DNA of 64,000 bases from Octopus vulgaris (taxonomy: Eukaryota). The position numbers were made by a program, and so were the translations under genes. This document shows positions 23,660-39,345 of this stretch, in pieces; position 1 is the first letter of the stretch, and every line of letters begins with the position of its first letter. The notes under the pieces are model-generated. The model saw only the letters and a program-made list of their open reading frames with translations. It searched no databases and had not been told where the DNA came from. The DNA lies in the NCBI GenBank assembly GCA_951406725.2, contig OX597821.1:33914001-33978000 (forward strand), in the 5' to 3' direction.

Positions 23660-26600
23660 CTCTTTACCACCTACTCTATCCCGCTCTCTTTACTCTACCA
23701 CTTACTCTATCCCTCTCTATTCACTCTGCCACTTACTCTATCCCTCTCTATTAAACTCTGCCACTTAAACTATCCCTCTCTCTTTACTCTACCACTTACT
23801 CTATTGTTCTCTCTTTACTCTACCACTTACTCTATCCCTCTCTCTTTACTCTACCACTTACTCTATTGCTCTCTCTTTATCTACCACCTACTATATCAAT
23901 CTCTTTTTACTCTGCCATTTACTCTACACCTCTCTCTTTACTCTACCACTTACTCTATCCCTCTCTCTTTATTCTACCACTTACTCTATCCCTCTCTCTT
24001 TATTCTACCACTTACTCTATCCCTCTCTCTTTACTCTACCACTTACTCTATCCCTCTCTCTTTACTCTACCACTTACTCTATCCACCACTTACTCTATCG
24101 CTCTCTCTTTAATCTACCACTTACTCTATCCCTCTCTCTTTACTCTACCACTTATTCTATCCCTCTCTCTTTAATCTACTACTTACTCTATTGCTCTCTC
24201 TTTACTCTACCACTTACTCTATCCCTCTCTCTTTACTCTACCACTTACTCTATCCCTCTCTCTTTACTCTACCACTTACTCTAACCCTCTCTCTTTAATC
24301 TACCACTTACTCTATCCCTCTCTCTTTACTCTACCACTTACTCTATCCCTCTCTCTTTACTCTACCACTTACTCTATCCCTCTCTCTTTACTCTACCACT
24401 TACTCTATCCCTTTTTCTTTACCACCACTAACTCTATCCCTCTCTCTTTACTCTACCACTTACTCTATCCCTCTCTCTTTACTCTACCACTTACTCTATC
24501 CCTCTCTCTTTAATCTACCACTTACTCTATCCCTCTCTCTTTACTCTACCACTTACTCTATCACTCACTCTTTACTCTACCACTTACTCTATCCCTTTCT
24601 CTTTACTCTACCACATACTTTATCCCTCTCTCTTTACTCTACCACTTACTCTATCCCTCTCTCTTTACTCTAACACCTACTCTATCCCTTTCTCTTTACT
24701 CTACCGCTTACTCTATCCCTCTCTCTTTACTCTTCCACTTACTCTATCACTCTCTCTTTACTCTACCACTTACTCTATCCCTCTCTCTTTACTCTACCAC
24801 TTACTCTATCCCTCTCTCTTTACTCTACCACTTACTCTATCCCTCTCTCTTTACTCTACCACTTACTCTATCCCTCTCTCTTTATTCTACCACTTACTCT
24901 ATCCCTCTCTCTTTACTCTACCACTTACTCTATCCCTCTCTCTTTATTCTACCACTTACTCTATCCCTCTCTCTACTCTACCACTTACTCTATCCCTCTC
25001 TCTTTACTCTACCACTTACTCTATCCCTCTCTCTTTACTCTACCACTTACTCTATCCCTCTCTCTTTACTCTACCACTTACTCTATCCCTCTCTCTTTAC
25101 TCTACCACCTACTCTATCCCTCTCTCTTACTCTACCACTTACTCTATCCCTCTCTCTTTACTCTACCACTTACTCTATCCCTCTCTCTTTACTCTACCAC
25201 TTACTCTATCCCTCTCTCTTTACTCTACCACTTACTCTATCCGTCTCTCTTATTCTACCACTTACTCTATCCCTCTCTCTTTACTCTACCACTTACTCTA
25301 TCTCTCTCTCTTCATTCTACCACTTACTCTATCCCTCTCTTTACTCTACCACTTACTCTATCCCTCTCTCATTACTCTACCACTTACTCTATCCCTCTCT
25401 CTTTACTCTACCACTTACTCTATCGCTCTCTCTTTACTCTACCACTTACTCTATCCGTCTCTCTTATTCTACCACTTACTCTATCCCTCTCTCTTTTACT
25501 CTACCACTTACTCTATCCCTCTCTCTTTACTCTACCACTTACTCTATCCCTCTCTCTTTACTCTACCACTTACTCTATCCCTCTCTCTTTACGCTACCAC
25601 TTACTCTATCCCTCACTCTTTATTCTACCACCTACTCTATCCCTCTCTCTTTACTACCACTTACTCTATCCCTCTCTCTTTACTCTACCACTTACTCTAT
25701 CCCTCTCTCTTTACTCTACCACTTACTCTATCCCGCTCTCTTTACTCTACCGCTTACTCTATCCCTCTCTCTTTACTCTACCACTTACTCTATCCCTCTC
25801 TCTTTACTCTACCACTTACTCTATCCCTCTCTCTTTACTCTACCACTTACTCTATCCTCTCTCTTTACTCTACCACTTACTCTATCCCTCTCTCTTTACT
25901 CTACCACTTACTCTATCCCTCTCTCTTTACTCTACCACTTACTCTATCCCTCTCTTTTACTCTACCACTTACTCTATCCCTCTCTCTTTACTCTACCACT
26001 TACTCTATCCCTCTCTCTTTACTCTACCACTTACTCTATCTCTCTCTTTACTCTACCACTTACTCTATCTCTCTCTTTACTCTACCACTTACTCCATCCC
26101 TCTCTCTTTGTTCTACCACTTATTCTACCCCTCTCTCTTTACTCTACCACTTACTCTATCCCTCTCTCTTTACTCTACCACTTACTCTATCCCTCTCTCT
26201 TTACTCTACCACTTACTCTATCCCTCTCTATTTAGTCTACCACTTACTCTATCCCTCTCTCTTTACTCTACCACATACTCTATCCCTCTCTCTTTACTCT
26301 ACCACTTACTCTATCCCTCTCTCTTTACTCTACCACTTACTCTATCCCTCTCTCTTTACTCTACCACTTACTCTATCCCTCTCTTTATTCTACCACCTAC
26401 TCTATCCCTCTCTTTACTCTACCACCTACTCTATCCCTCTCTCTTTACTCTACCACTTACTCTATCCCTCTCTCTTACTCTACCACTTACTCTATCCCTC
26501 TCTCTTTACTCTACCACCTACTCTATCCCTCTCTTTACTCTACCACTTACTCTTATCCCTCTCTCTTTACTCTACCACTTACTCTATCCCTCTCTCTTTA

Positions 26601-29600
26601 TTCTACCACCTACTCTATCCCTCTCTCTTTACTCTACCACCTACTCTATCCCTCTCTCCTTACTCTTCCACTTACTCTATCCCTCTCTCTTTACTCTACC
26701 ACTTACTCTATCTCGCTCTCTTTACTCTACCACTTACTCTATCCCTCTCTCTTTACTCTACCACCTACTCTATCCCTCTCTCTTTACTCTACCACCTACT
26801 CTATCCCTCTCTCTTTACTCTACCACTTACTCTATCCCTCTCTCTTTACTCTACCACTTACTCTATCCCTCTCTCTTTACTCTACCACTTACTCTATCCC
26901 TCACTCTTTACTCTACCACTTACTCTATCCCTCTCTCTTTACTCTACCACTTACTCTATCCCTCTCTCTTTACTCTACCACCTACTCTATCCCTCTCTCT
27001 TTACTCTACCACATACTCTATCCCTCTCTCTTTACTCTACCACTTACTCTATCCCTCTCTCTTTACTCTACCACTTACTCTATCCCTCTCTCTTTACTCT
27101 ACCACTTACTCTATCCCTCTCTCTTTACTCTACCACCTACTCTATTCCTCTCTCTTTACTCTACCACGTACTCTATCCCTCTCTCTTTACTCTACCACTT
27201 ACTCTATCCCTCTCTCTTTACTCTACCACATACTCTATCCCTCTCTCTTTACTCTACCACTTACTCTATCCCTCTCTCTTTACTCTACCACCTACTCTAT
27301 CCCTCTCTCTTTACTCTACCACTTACTCTATCTCTATCTCTTTACTCTACCGCCTACTCTATCCCTCTCTGTTTACTCTACCACATACTCTATCTCTATC
27401 TCTTTGTTCTACCACTTACTCTATTCCTCTCTCTTTACTCTACCAATATCCCTCTCTCTACCACCTACTCTATCCCTCTCTCTTTACTCTACCACCTACT
27501 CTATCCCTCTCTATTTAGTCTACCACTTACTCTATCCCTCTCTCTTTACTCTACCGCCTACTCTATCCCTCTCTCTTTACTCTACCACTTACTCTATCCC
27601 TCTCTCTTTACTCTACCGCTTACTCTATCCCTCGCTCTTTACTCTACCACTTACTCTATCCCTCAGTCTTTACTCTACCACCTACTCTATCCCTCTCTCT
27701 TTACTCTACCACCTACTCTATCCCTCTCTCTTTACTCTACCACTTACTCTATCCCTCTCTCTTTACTCTACCACTTACTCTATCCCTCTCTCTTTACTCT
27801 ACCACTTACTCTATCCCTCTCTCTTTACTCTACCACTTACTCTATCCGTCTCTCTTATTCTACCACTTACTCTATCCCTCTCTCTTTACTCTACCACTTA
27901 CTCTATCCCTCTCTCTTTACTCTACCACCTACTCTATCCCTCTCTCTTTACTCTACCACTTACTCTATCCCTCTCTCTTCACTCTACCCCTTACTCTATC
28001 CCTCTCTCTTTACTCTACCACTTACTCTATCGCTCTCACTTCGCTCTACCACTTACTCTATCCTTCTCTCTTCACTCTACCACTTACTCTATCCCTCTCT
28101 CTTTAATCTACCACTTACTCTATCGCTCTCTCTTTACTCTACCACTTACTCTATCCCTCTCTTTACTCTACCACTTACTCTATCCCTCTCTCTTTACTCT
28201 ACCACTTACTCTATCCCTCACTCTTTACTCTACCACTTACTCTATCCCTCTCTCTTTACTCTACCACTTACTCTATCCCTCTCTCTTTACTCTACCACTT
28301 ACTCTATCCCTCTCTCTTTACTCTACCACCTACTCTATCCCTCTCTCTTTCCTCTACCACTTACTCTATCCCTCTCTCTTTACTCTACCACTTACTCTAT
28401 CCCTCTCTCTTTACTCTACCACTTACTCTATCCCTCTCTCTTCACTCTACCACTTACTCTATCCCTCTCTCTTTACTCTACCACTTACTCTATCCTTCTC
28501 TCTTTACTCTACCACTTACTCTATCCCTCTCTCTTTACTCTATCACTTACTCTATCCCTCTCTTTTCACTCTACCACTTACTCTATCCCTCTCTCTTTAA
28601 TCTACCACTTACTCTATCGCTCTCTCTTTACTCTACCACTTACTCTATCTCTCTCTCTTTACTCTACCACTTACTCTATCCCTCTCTCTTTATTCTACCA
28701 CCTACTCTATCCCTCTCTCTTTACTCTACCACTTACTCTATCCCTCTCTCTTACTCTACCACCTACTCTATCCCTCTCTCTTACTCTACACATACTCTAT
28801 CCCTCTTCTTTACTCTACCACTTACTCTATCCCTCTCTCTTTACTCTACCACTTACTCTATTCCCCCTCTTTGCCCTACCACTTACTCTATCCCTCTCTC
28901 TTTACCACCTACTCTCTTTACTCTACCACTTACTCTATCCCTCTCTCTACCACCTACTCTATCCCTCTCTCTTTACTCTACCACTTACTCTATCCCTCTC
29001 TCTTTACTCTACCACTTACTCTATCCCTCTCTATTATTCTACCACTTATTCTATCCCTCTCTCTTTACTCTACCACTTACTCTATCCCTCTCTCTTTACT
29101 CTACCACCTACTCTATCCCTCTCTCTTTACTCTACCACTTACTCTATCCCTCTCTCTTTACTCTACCACCTACTCTATCCCTCTCTCTTTACTCTACCAC
29201 TTACTCTATCCCTCTCTCTTTACTCTACCGCCTACTCTATCCCACTCTCTTTACTCTACCACTTACTCTATCTCTATCTCTTTACTCTACCGCCTAATCT
29301 ATCCCTCTCTCTTTACTCTACCACATACTCTATCCCTCTCTCTTTACTCTACCACTTACTCTATCCCTCTCTTTACTCTACCACATACTCTATCCCTCTC
29401 TCTTTACTCTACCACTACTCTATCCCTCTCTTTACTCTACCACTTACTCTATCCCTCTCTCTTTACTCTACCACTTACTCTATCCCTCTCTCTTTACTCT
29501 ACCACTTACTCTATCCCTCTCTCTTTACTCTACCACATACTCTATCCTCTCTCTTTACTATATCACTTACTCTATCTCTATCTCTTTGTTCTACCACTTA

Positions 29601-32600
29601 CTCTATTCCTCTCTCTTTACTCTACCAATATCCCTCTCTCTACCACTTACTCTATCCCTCTCTCTTTACTCTACCACTTACTCTATCCCTCTCTCTTTAG
29701 TCTACCACTTACTCTATCCCTCTCTCTTTACTCTACCACTTACTCTATCCCTCTCTTTACTCTACCACTTACTCTATCCCTCTCTCTTTACTCTACCAAT
29801 ATCCCTCTCTCTACCACCTACTCTATCCCTCTCTCTTTACTCTACCACTTACTCTATCCCTCTCTCTTTACTCTACCACCTACTCTATTCCTCTCTCTTT
29901 ACTCTACCACGTACTCTATCCCTCTCTCTTTTACTCTACCACTTACTCTATCCCTCTCTCTTTACTCTACCACTTACTCTATCCCTCTCTCTTTACTCTA
30001 CCACTTACTCTATCTCTATCTCTTTACTCTACCACTTACTCTATCCCTCTCTCTTTACTCTACCACATACTCTATCCCTCTCTCTTTACTATTCCACTTA
30101 CTCTATCCCTCTCTTTTACTCTACCACATACTCTATCCCTCTCTCTTTACTCTACCACTTACTCTATCCCTCTCTCTTTACTCTACCACCTACTCTATCC
30201 CTCTCTCTTTACTCTACCACTTACTCTATCCCTCTCTCTTTACTCTACCACTTACTCTATCCCTCTCTCTTTACTCTACCACTTACTCTATCCCTCTCTC
30301 TTTACTCTACCACATACTCTATCCCTCTCTCTTTACGCTACCACTTACTCTATCCCTCTCTCTTTATTCTACCACTTACTCTATCCCTCTCTCTTTACTC
30401 TACCACTTACTCTATCCCTCTCTCTTTATTCTACCACTTACTCTATCGCTCTCTCTTTACTCTACCACTTACTCTATCCCTCTCTCTTTACTCTACCACT
30501 TACTCTATCCCTCTCTCTTTACTCTACCACTTACTCTATCCCTCTCTCTTCACTCTACCACTTACTCTATCCCTCTCTCTTTACTCTACCACTTACTCTA
30601 TCGCTCTCTCATTACTCTACCACTTACTCTATCCCTCTCTCTTTACTCTACCACTTACTCTATCCCTCTCTCTTTACTCTACCACTTACTCTATCCCTCT
30701 CTCTTTACTCTACCACTTACTCTATCCCTCTCTCTTTACTCTACCACTTACTCTATCGCTCTCTCTTTACTCTACCACTTACTCTATCCCTCTCTCTTTA
30801 CTCTACCACTTACTCTATCCCTCTCTTTTACTCTACCACCTACTCTATCCCTCTCTCTTTACTCTACCACCTTACTCTATCCCTCTCTCTTTACTCTACC
30901 ACTTACTCTATCCCTCTCTCTTTACTCTACCGCCTACTCTATCCCTCTCTCTTTACTCTACCACATACTCTATCCCTCTTTCTTTACTCTACCGCCTACT
31001 CTATCCCTCTCTCTTTACTCTACCACTTACTCTATCTCTATCTCTTTACTCTACCGCCTACTCTATCCCTCTCTGTTTACTCTACCACATACTCTATCTC
31101 TATCTCTTTGTTCTACCACTTACTCTATTCTCTCTCTTTACTCTACCAATATCCCTCTCTCTACCACCTACTCTATCCCTCTCTCTTTACTCTACCACCT
31201 ACTCTATCCCTCTCTATTTAGTCTACCACTTACTCTATCCCTCTCTCTTTACTCTACCGCCTACTCTATCCCTCTCTCTTTACTCTACCACTTACTCTAT
31301 CCCTCTCTCTTTACTCTACCGCTTACTCTATTCCTCGCTCTTTACTCTACCACTTACTCTATCCCTCAGTCTTTATTCTACCACCTACTCTATCCCTCTC
31401 TCTTACTCTACCACCTACTCTATCCCTCTCTCTTTACTCTACCACTTACTCTATCCCTCTCTCTTTACTCTACCACTTACTCTATCCCTCTCTCTTTACT
31501 CTACCACTTACTCTATCCCTCTCTCTTTACTCTACCACTTACTCTATCCCTCTCTCTTTACTCTACCACTTACTCTATCCCTCTCTCTTTACTCTACCAC
31601 TTACTCTATCCCTCTCTCTTTACTCTACCACTTACTCTATCCCTCTCTCTTTACTCTACCACTTACTCTATCCCTCTCTCTTTACTCTACCACTACTCTA
31701 TCCCTCTCTCTTTTAATCTACCACATACTCCATCCCTCTCTCTTTGTTCTACCACTTACTCTATCCCTCTCTCTTTATTCTACCACTTACTCTATCCCTC
31801 TCTCTTTACTCTACCACTTACTCTATCCCTCTCTCTTTATTCTACCACTTACTCCATCCCTCTCTCTTTACTCTACCACTTACTCTATCCCTCTCTCTTT
31901 ACTCTACCACTTACTCTATCCCTCTCTCTTTACTCTACCACTTACTCTATCCCTCTCTCTTTGTTCTACCACCTACTCTATCCCTCTCTTTACTCTACCA
32001 CCTACTCTATCCCTCTCTCTTTACTCTACCACTTACTCTATCCCTCTCTCTTTACTCTACCACTTACTCTATCCCTCTCTCTTTACTCTACCACTTACTC
32101 TATCCCTCTCTCTTTATTTCTACCACCTACTCTATCCCTCTCTCTTTCCTCTACCACTTACTCTATCCCTCTCTCTTTATTCTACCACTTACTCTATCCC
32201 TCTCTCTTACTCTACCACTTACTCTATCCCTCTCTCTTTACTCTTCCACTTACTCTATCCCTCTCTCTTTACTCTACCACTTACTCCATCCCTCTCTCTT
32301 TGTTCTACCACTTATTCTACCCCTCTCTCTTTACTCTACCACTTACTCTATCCCTCTCTCTTTACTCTACCACTTACTCTATCCCTCCCTCTTTATTCTA
32401 CCACCTACTCTATCCCTCTCTCTTTACTCTTCCACTTACTGTATCCCTCTCTTTACTCTACCACCTACTCTATCCCTCTCTCTTTACTCTAACACATACT
32501 CTATCCCTCTCTCTTTACTCTACTGCTTACTCTATCCCTCGCTCTTTACTCTACCACTTACTCTATTCCTCAGTCTTTACTCTACCACCTACTCTATCCC

Positions 32601-35600
32601 TCTCTCTTTACTCTACCACTTACTCTATCCCTCTCTCTTTACTCTACCACTTACTCTATCCCTCTCTCTTTACTCTACCACTTACTCTATCCCTCTCTCT
32701 TTACTCAACCACTTACTCTATCCCTCTCTCTTTACTCTACCACTTACTCTATCCCTCTCTCTTTACTCTACCACTTACTCTATCCCTCTCTCTTTACTCT
32801 ACCACCTACTCTATCCCTCTCTCTTTACTCTACCACTTACTCTACCCTCTCTCTTTACTCTACCACTTACTCTATCCCTCTCTCTTTACTCTACCGCCTA
32901 CTCTATCCCTCTCTCTTTACTCTACCACATACTCTATCCCTCTCTCTTTACTCTACCGCCTACTCTATCCCACTCTCTTTACTCTACCACTTACTCTATC
33001 TCTATCTCATTACTCTACCACTTACTCTATCCCTCTCTCTTTACTCTACCACTTACTCTATCCCTCTCTCTTTACTCTACCACTTACTCTATCCCTCTCT
33101 CTTATTCTACCACTTACTCTATCCCTCTCTCTTTACTCTACCACTTACTCTATCGCTCTCTCATTACTCTACCACTTATTCTATCCCTCTCTCTTCACTC
33201 TACCACTTACTCTATCCCTCTCTCTTTACTCTACCACTTACTCTATCCCTCTCTCTTTACTCTACCACTTACTCTATCCCTCTCTCTTTACTCTACCACT
33301 TACTCTATCTCTATCTCTTTGTTCTACCACTTACTCTATCCCTCTCTCTTTACTCTACCACTTACTCTATCCCTCTCTCTTTACTCTACCACTTACTCTA
33401 TCCCTCTCTCTTTACTCTACCACCTACTCTATCCCTCTCTCTTTACTCTACCACTTACTCTATCCCTCTCTCTTTACTCTACCGCCTACTCTATCCCTCT
33501 CTCTTTACTCTACCACTTACTCTATCCCTCTCTCTTTACTCTACCAATATCCCTCTCTCTACCACCTACTCTATCCCTCTCTCTTTACTCTACCACTTAC
33601 TCTATCCCTCTCTCTTTACTCTACCACTTACTCTATTCCTCTCTCTTTACTCTACCACTTACTCTATCCCTCTCTCTTTACTCTACCACTTACTCTATCC
33701 CTCTCTCTTTACTCTACCACTTACTCTATCCCTCTCTCTTTACTCTACCACTTACTCTATCCCTCTCTCTTTACTCTACCAATTACTCTATCCTCTCTCT
33801 TCACCACTTACTCTATCCCTCTCTCTTTACTCTACCACTTACTCTATCGCTCTCTCTTTACTCTACCACTTACTCTATCCCTCTCTCTTCACTCTACCAC
33901 TTACTCTATCCCTCTCTCTTTACTCTACCACTTACTCTATCCCTCTCTCTTTACTCTACCACTTACTCTATCCCTCTCTCTTTACTCTACCACTTACTCT
34001 ATCTCTATCTCTTTACTCTACCACTTACTCTATCCCTCTCTCTTTACTCTACCACTTACTCTATCCCTCTCTCTTTACTCTACCACTTACTCTATCCATC
34101 TCTCTTTACTCTACCACATACTCTATCCCTCTCTCTTTACTCTACCACTTACTCTATCCCTCTCTCTTTACTCTACCACCTACTCTATCCCTCTCTCTTT
34201 ACTCTACCACCTACTCTATCCCTCTCTCTTTACTCTACCACTTACTCTATCCCTCTCTCTTTACTCTACCGCCTACTCTATCCCTCTCTTTACTCTACCA
34301 CATACTCTATCCCTCTCTCTTTACGCTACCACTTACTCTATCCCTCTCTCTTTATTCTACCACTTACTCTATCCCTCTCTTTTAATCTACCACTTACTCT
34401 ATCCCTCTCTCTTTATTCTACCACTTACTCTATCCCTCTCTTTACTCTACCACTTACTCTATCCCTCTCTCTTTACTCTACCACTTACTCTATCCCTCTC
34501 TCTTTACTCTACCACTTACTCTATCCCTCTCTCTTTATTCTACCACTTACTCTATCCCTCTCTCTTTACTCTACCACTTACTCTATCCCTCTCTCTTTAC
34601 TCTGCCACTTACTCTATCCTTCTCTCTTCACTCTAGCACTTACTCCATCCCTCTCTCTTTGTTCTACCACTTATTCGACCCCTCTCTCTTTACTCTACCA
34701 CTTACTCTATCCCTCTCTCTTTACTCTACCACTTACTCTATCGCTCTCTCATTACTCTACCACTTACTCTATCCCTCTCTCTTTATTCTACCACTTACTC
34801 TATCCCTCTCTCTTTACTCTACCACTTACTCTATCCCTCTCTCTTTACTCTACCACTTACTCTATCTCTCTCTCTTTACTCTACCAGTTACTCTATCCGT
34901 CTCTCTTATTCTACCACTTACTCTATCCCTCTGCCTTTACTCTACCACCTACTCTATCACTCTCTCTTTTACTCTTCCACTTACTGTATCCCTCTCTCTG
35001 TACTCTACCACCTACTCTATCCCTCTCTCTTTACTCTAACACATACTCTATCCCTCTCTCTTTACTCTACTGCTTACTCTATCCCTCGCTCTTTACTCTA
35101 CCACTTACTCTATTCCTCAGTCTTTACTCTACCACCTACTCTATCCCTCTCTCTTTACTCTACCACCTACTCTATCCCTCTCTCTTTACTCTACCACTTA
35201 CTCTATCCCTCTCTCTTTACTCTACCACCTACTCTATCCCTCTCTCTTTACTCTACCACCAACTCTATCCCTCTGTCTTTATTCAACCACTTACTCTATC
35301 CCTCTCTCTTTACTCTACCACTTACTCTGTCCCTCTCTCTTTACTCTACCACTTACTCTATCCCTCTCTCTTTACTCTACCACCTACTCTATCCCTCTCT
35401 CTTTACTCTACCACTTACTCTATCCCTCTCTCTTTACTCTACCGTCTACTCTATCCCTCTCTCTTTACTCTACCACATACTCTATCCCTCTCTCTTTACT
35501 CTACCACTTACTCTATCGCTCTCTCTTTACTCTACCACTTACTCTATCCCTCTCTCTTTACTCTACCACTTACTCTATCCCTCTCTCTTTACTCTACCAC

Positions 35601-37925
35601 TTACTCTATCCATCTCTTTTCACTCTACCACTTACTCTATCCTTCTCTCTTTACTCTACCACTTACTCTATCCCTCTCTCTTTACTCTACCACTTACTCT
35701 ATCCCTCTCTTTACTCTACCACTTACTCTATCCCTCTCTCTTTACTCTACCACTTACTCTATCGCTCTCTCTTTACTCTACCACTTACTCTATCCCTCTC
35801 TCTTTACTCTACCACATACTCTATCCCTCTCTCTTTACTATATCACTTACTCTATCTCTATCTCTTTGTTCTACCACTTACTCTATTCCTCTCTCTTTAC
35901 TCTACCAATATCCCTCTCTCTCTACCACCTACTCTATCCCTCTCTCTTCACTCTACCACTTACTCTATCCCTCTCTCTTTACTCTACCACTTACTCTATC
36001 CCTCTCTCTTTACTCTACCACTTACTCTATCCCTCTCTCTTTACTCTACCACTTACTCTATCCCTCTCTCTTTACTCTACCACTTACTCTATCCCTCTCT
36101 CTTCACTCTACCACTTACTCTATCCCTCTCTCTTTACTCTACCACTTACTCTATCCCTCTCTCTTTACTCTACCACCTACTCTATTCCTCTCTTTACTCT
36201 ACCACCTACTCTATCCCTCTCTCTTTACTCTACCACTTACTCTATCCCTCTCTTTACTCTACCACCTACTCTATCCCTCTCTCTTTACCCTACCACTTAC
36301 TCTATCTCTATCTCTTTACTCTACCGCCTACTCTATCCCTCTCTCTTTACTCTACCACTTACTCTATCCCTCTCTCTTTACTCTACCACATACTCTATCC
36401 CTCTCTCTCTTTACTCTACCACTTACTGTATCCCTCTCTCTTTACCTCTACCACTTACTCTATCCCTCTCTCTTTACTCTACCACTTACTCTATCCCTCT
36501 CTCTTTACTCTACCACATACTCTATCCCTCTCTCTTTACTCTACCACTTACTCTATCCCTCTCTCTTTACTCTACCACATACTCTATCCCTCTCTCTTTA
36601 CTCTACCACTTACTCTATCTCTATCTCTTTGTTCTACCACTTACTCTATTCCTCTCTCTTTACTCTACCAATATCCCTCTCTCTTTACTCTACCACTTAC
36701 TCTATCCCTCTCTCTTTACTCTACCACCTACTCTATCCCTCTCTATTTACTCTACCACTTACTCTATCCCTCTCTCTTTACTCTACCGCCTACTCTATCC
36801 CTCTCTCTTTACTCTACCACTTACTCTATCCCTCTCTCTTTACTCTACCACTTACTCTATCCCTCTCTCTTTACTCTACCACTTACTCTATCCCTCTCTC
36901 TTTATTCTACCACTTACTCTATCCCTCTCTCTTTACTCTACCACCTACTCTATCCCTCTCTCTTTACTCTACCACTTACTCTATCTCTATCTCTTTGTTC
37001 TACCACTTACTCTATCCCTCTCTCTTTACTCTACCACTTACTCTATCCCTCTCTCTTTACTCTACCACCTACTCTATCCCTCTCTCTTTACTCTACCACC
37101 TACTCTATCTCTCTCTCTTTACTCTACCACTTACTCTATCCCTCTCTCTTTACTCTACCACATACTCTATCCCTCTCTCTTTACTCTACCACTTACTCTA
37201 TCCCTCTCTCTTTACTCTACCACTTACTCTATCCCTCTCTCTTTACTCTACCACTTACTCTATCCCTCTCTCTTTACTCTACCACATACTCTATCCCTCT
37301 CTCTTTACTCTACTGCCTACTCTATCCCTCTCTCTTTACTCTACCACTTACTCCATCTCTATCTGTTTGTTCTACCACTTACTCTATCCCTCTCTCTTTA
37401 CCCTACCGCTTACTCTATCCGTTTCTCTTTACTCTACCACCTACTCTATCTCTTTGTTCTACCACTTACTCTATCCCTCTCACTTTACTCTACCACTTAC
37501 TCTATCCCTCTCTCTTTGTTCTAACACTTACTCTATCCCTCTCTCTTTACTCTACCACATACTCTATCCCTCTCTCTTTACTCTACCACTTACTCTATCC
37601 CTCTCTCTTTCTCTACCACATACTCTATCCCTCTCTCTTTAATCTACCGCCTACTCTATCCCTCTCTCTTTACTCTACCACTTACTCTATCTCTATCTCT
37701 TTACTCTACCACTTACTCTATCCCTCTCTCTTTACTCTACCACATACTCTATCCCTCTCTCTTTACTCTACCACCTACTCTATCCCTCTCTCTTTACTCT
37801 ACCACCTACTCTATCTCTATCTCTTTGTTTTACCACTTACTGTATCCCTCTCTCTTTACTCTACCACTTACTCTATCCCTCTCTCTTTGTTCTAACACTT
37901 ACTCTATCCCTCTCTATTTACTCTC
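23660..37925. repeat. 31-bp tandem satellite, ~14.3 kb (~460 units by length)
   Basis: Unit CTCTACCACTTACTCTATCCCTCTCTCTTTA. The 31-aa periodicity of the spurious ORFs equals three units. CT-rich low-complexity DNA flanks both sides. Confidence 0.97.
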
Positions 37926-38949
37926 ACACTGTCTATCTCTATCCTTGACTCAATTCATCTCATTCCTTCCTCTTACTGTTTCTAACATTGATCTGTCTTC
38001 CTCTTTCTCGCTTCGTTTCAGCTTTACTCTCTCTTTATATGTCTCTATCTTTCCACCAACCTATGTCTCTCTTTCAACTTACAACCGTCTTTCTCTTTTC
38101 ATTTTTCTCACTCTTTTTAAGTCTTCATATTTCCACCAGCCTGTATCTATCTCTCTTTCACCTTATATGTCTCTCCTTCTCTCTCTCCCTCTCTCTGTTT
38201 GTCTTTGTCTCTCTCTGTCTGTCTCTCCTTCTCTCTGTTTTATATGTCTCAATCATTTCACCTCCCCATGTCTCTCTCTCTCTTCCTCTCTTTCTCTCTT
38301 CCTCTCCTTCTCTCACTTCCTCCCTCTTTGTTTATATGTTTTAATCTTTCTATCTCTCTCTTTCAACCTATAACACATTCTTTTTTCTTCATTTCTCTCT
38401 CACTTTTGTTTATATTCTTCAATCTTTCCACCTCTTGTATCTCTCTCTCTCTCTCTCTCTCTCAACTTATAACGCTTTCTCCCCACTTTCTCTCTCTCTC
38501 TCTCTCACTACCCCACTCTCTCTCTCTTCATTAATTCTATCAACCTAATGGTGACTACAGTGAATTGACCAACAACCATGAAATGCCATACCATCTTTCA
38601 CTGAGAATGATAAATTCTCTTTAAGTCTAAAAATGAAAGGAAATTTCTGAATTTTGATCTATGGGTCACTTCCTGTTGCTAGTGACCCCTTTCTGAAAGT
38701 TAATGATGTCATCGTTTAACTTAATAGCTTGAAATTCCCCGCCCCCACTCAGCCCCCTCCTTGTCAGGATTTTAATTAGTGATTTGAGTAAAGACAAAAC
38801 TAGAGTGAAGACTGTCAGGAAAGCTGAAGGAAGACTTGAAATATAAGCTTATCTAGAGTGTATGGTAGACTTACAGTCTTGTCAAACTCGAGTCCAGACT
38901 GGAGTGAGCATATGTAAAACTGATTGAGTATGAGTGTAAGATTGATTCT

Positions 38950-39177
38950 TTTTATTTTTTATCTTTTATTTGTTTCAGTCATTTGACTGTGGCCATGCTG
39001 GAACGCAGTCTTTAGTCGAGAAAATCAACCCCAGGACTTATTCTCTGTAAGCCTAGTACTTATTCTATCGGTCTCTTTGCCAAACAGCTAAGTTACGGGG
39101 ACGTAAACACACCAGCATCTGTTGTCAAGTGATGTTGGGGGGACAAACACAAACACACAAGCATATACATACATACA

Positions 39178-39225
<48 letters not shown>

Positions 39226-39345
39226 CATCTACGATGGGCTTCTTTCAGTTTCCGCCTATCAAATCCACTCACAAGGCTTTGGTTGGCCCGAGGCTATAGT
39301 AGAAGACACTTGGGACAGAACCCGGAACCATGTGGCTGGTAAGCA
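38950..39345 (-). mobile_element. SINE family A
   Basis: 3' domain, (TACA)n/(TA)n and a partially deleted head. Confidence 0.78.

Noticed and set aside
26108-37642. Very long ORFs (up to 1926 aa) of LYHLLYPSLFTLPLTLSLSLYSTTYSIPLSL repeats
   Set aside because: They are open in all three plus frames only because the 31-bp satellite unit lacks stop codons.
23660-37925. CRISPR-like array of ~31-bp repeats
   Set aside because: Units are head-to-tail with no unique spacers, there are no cas genes, and the context is eukaryotic.
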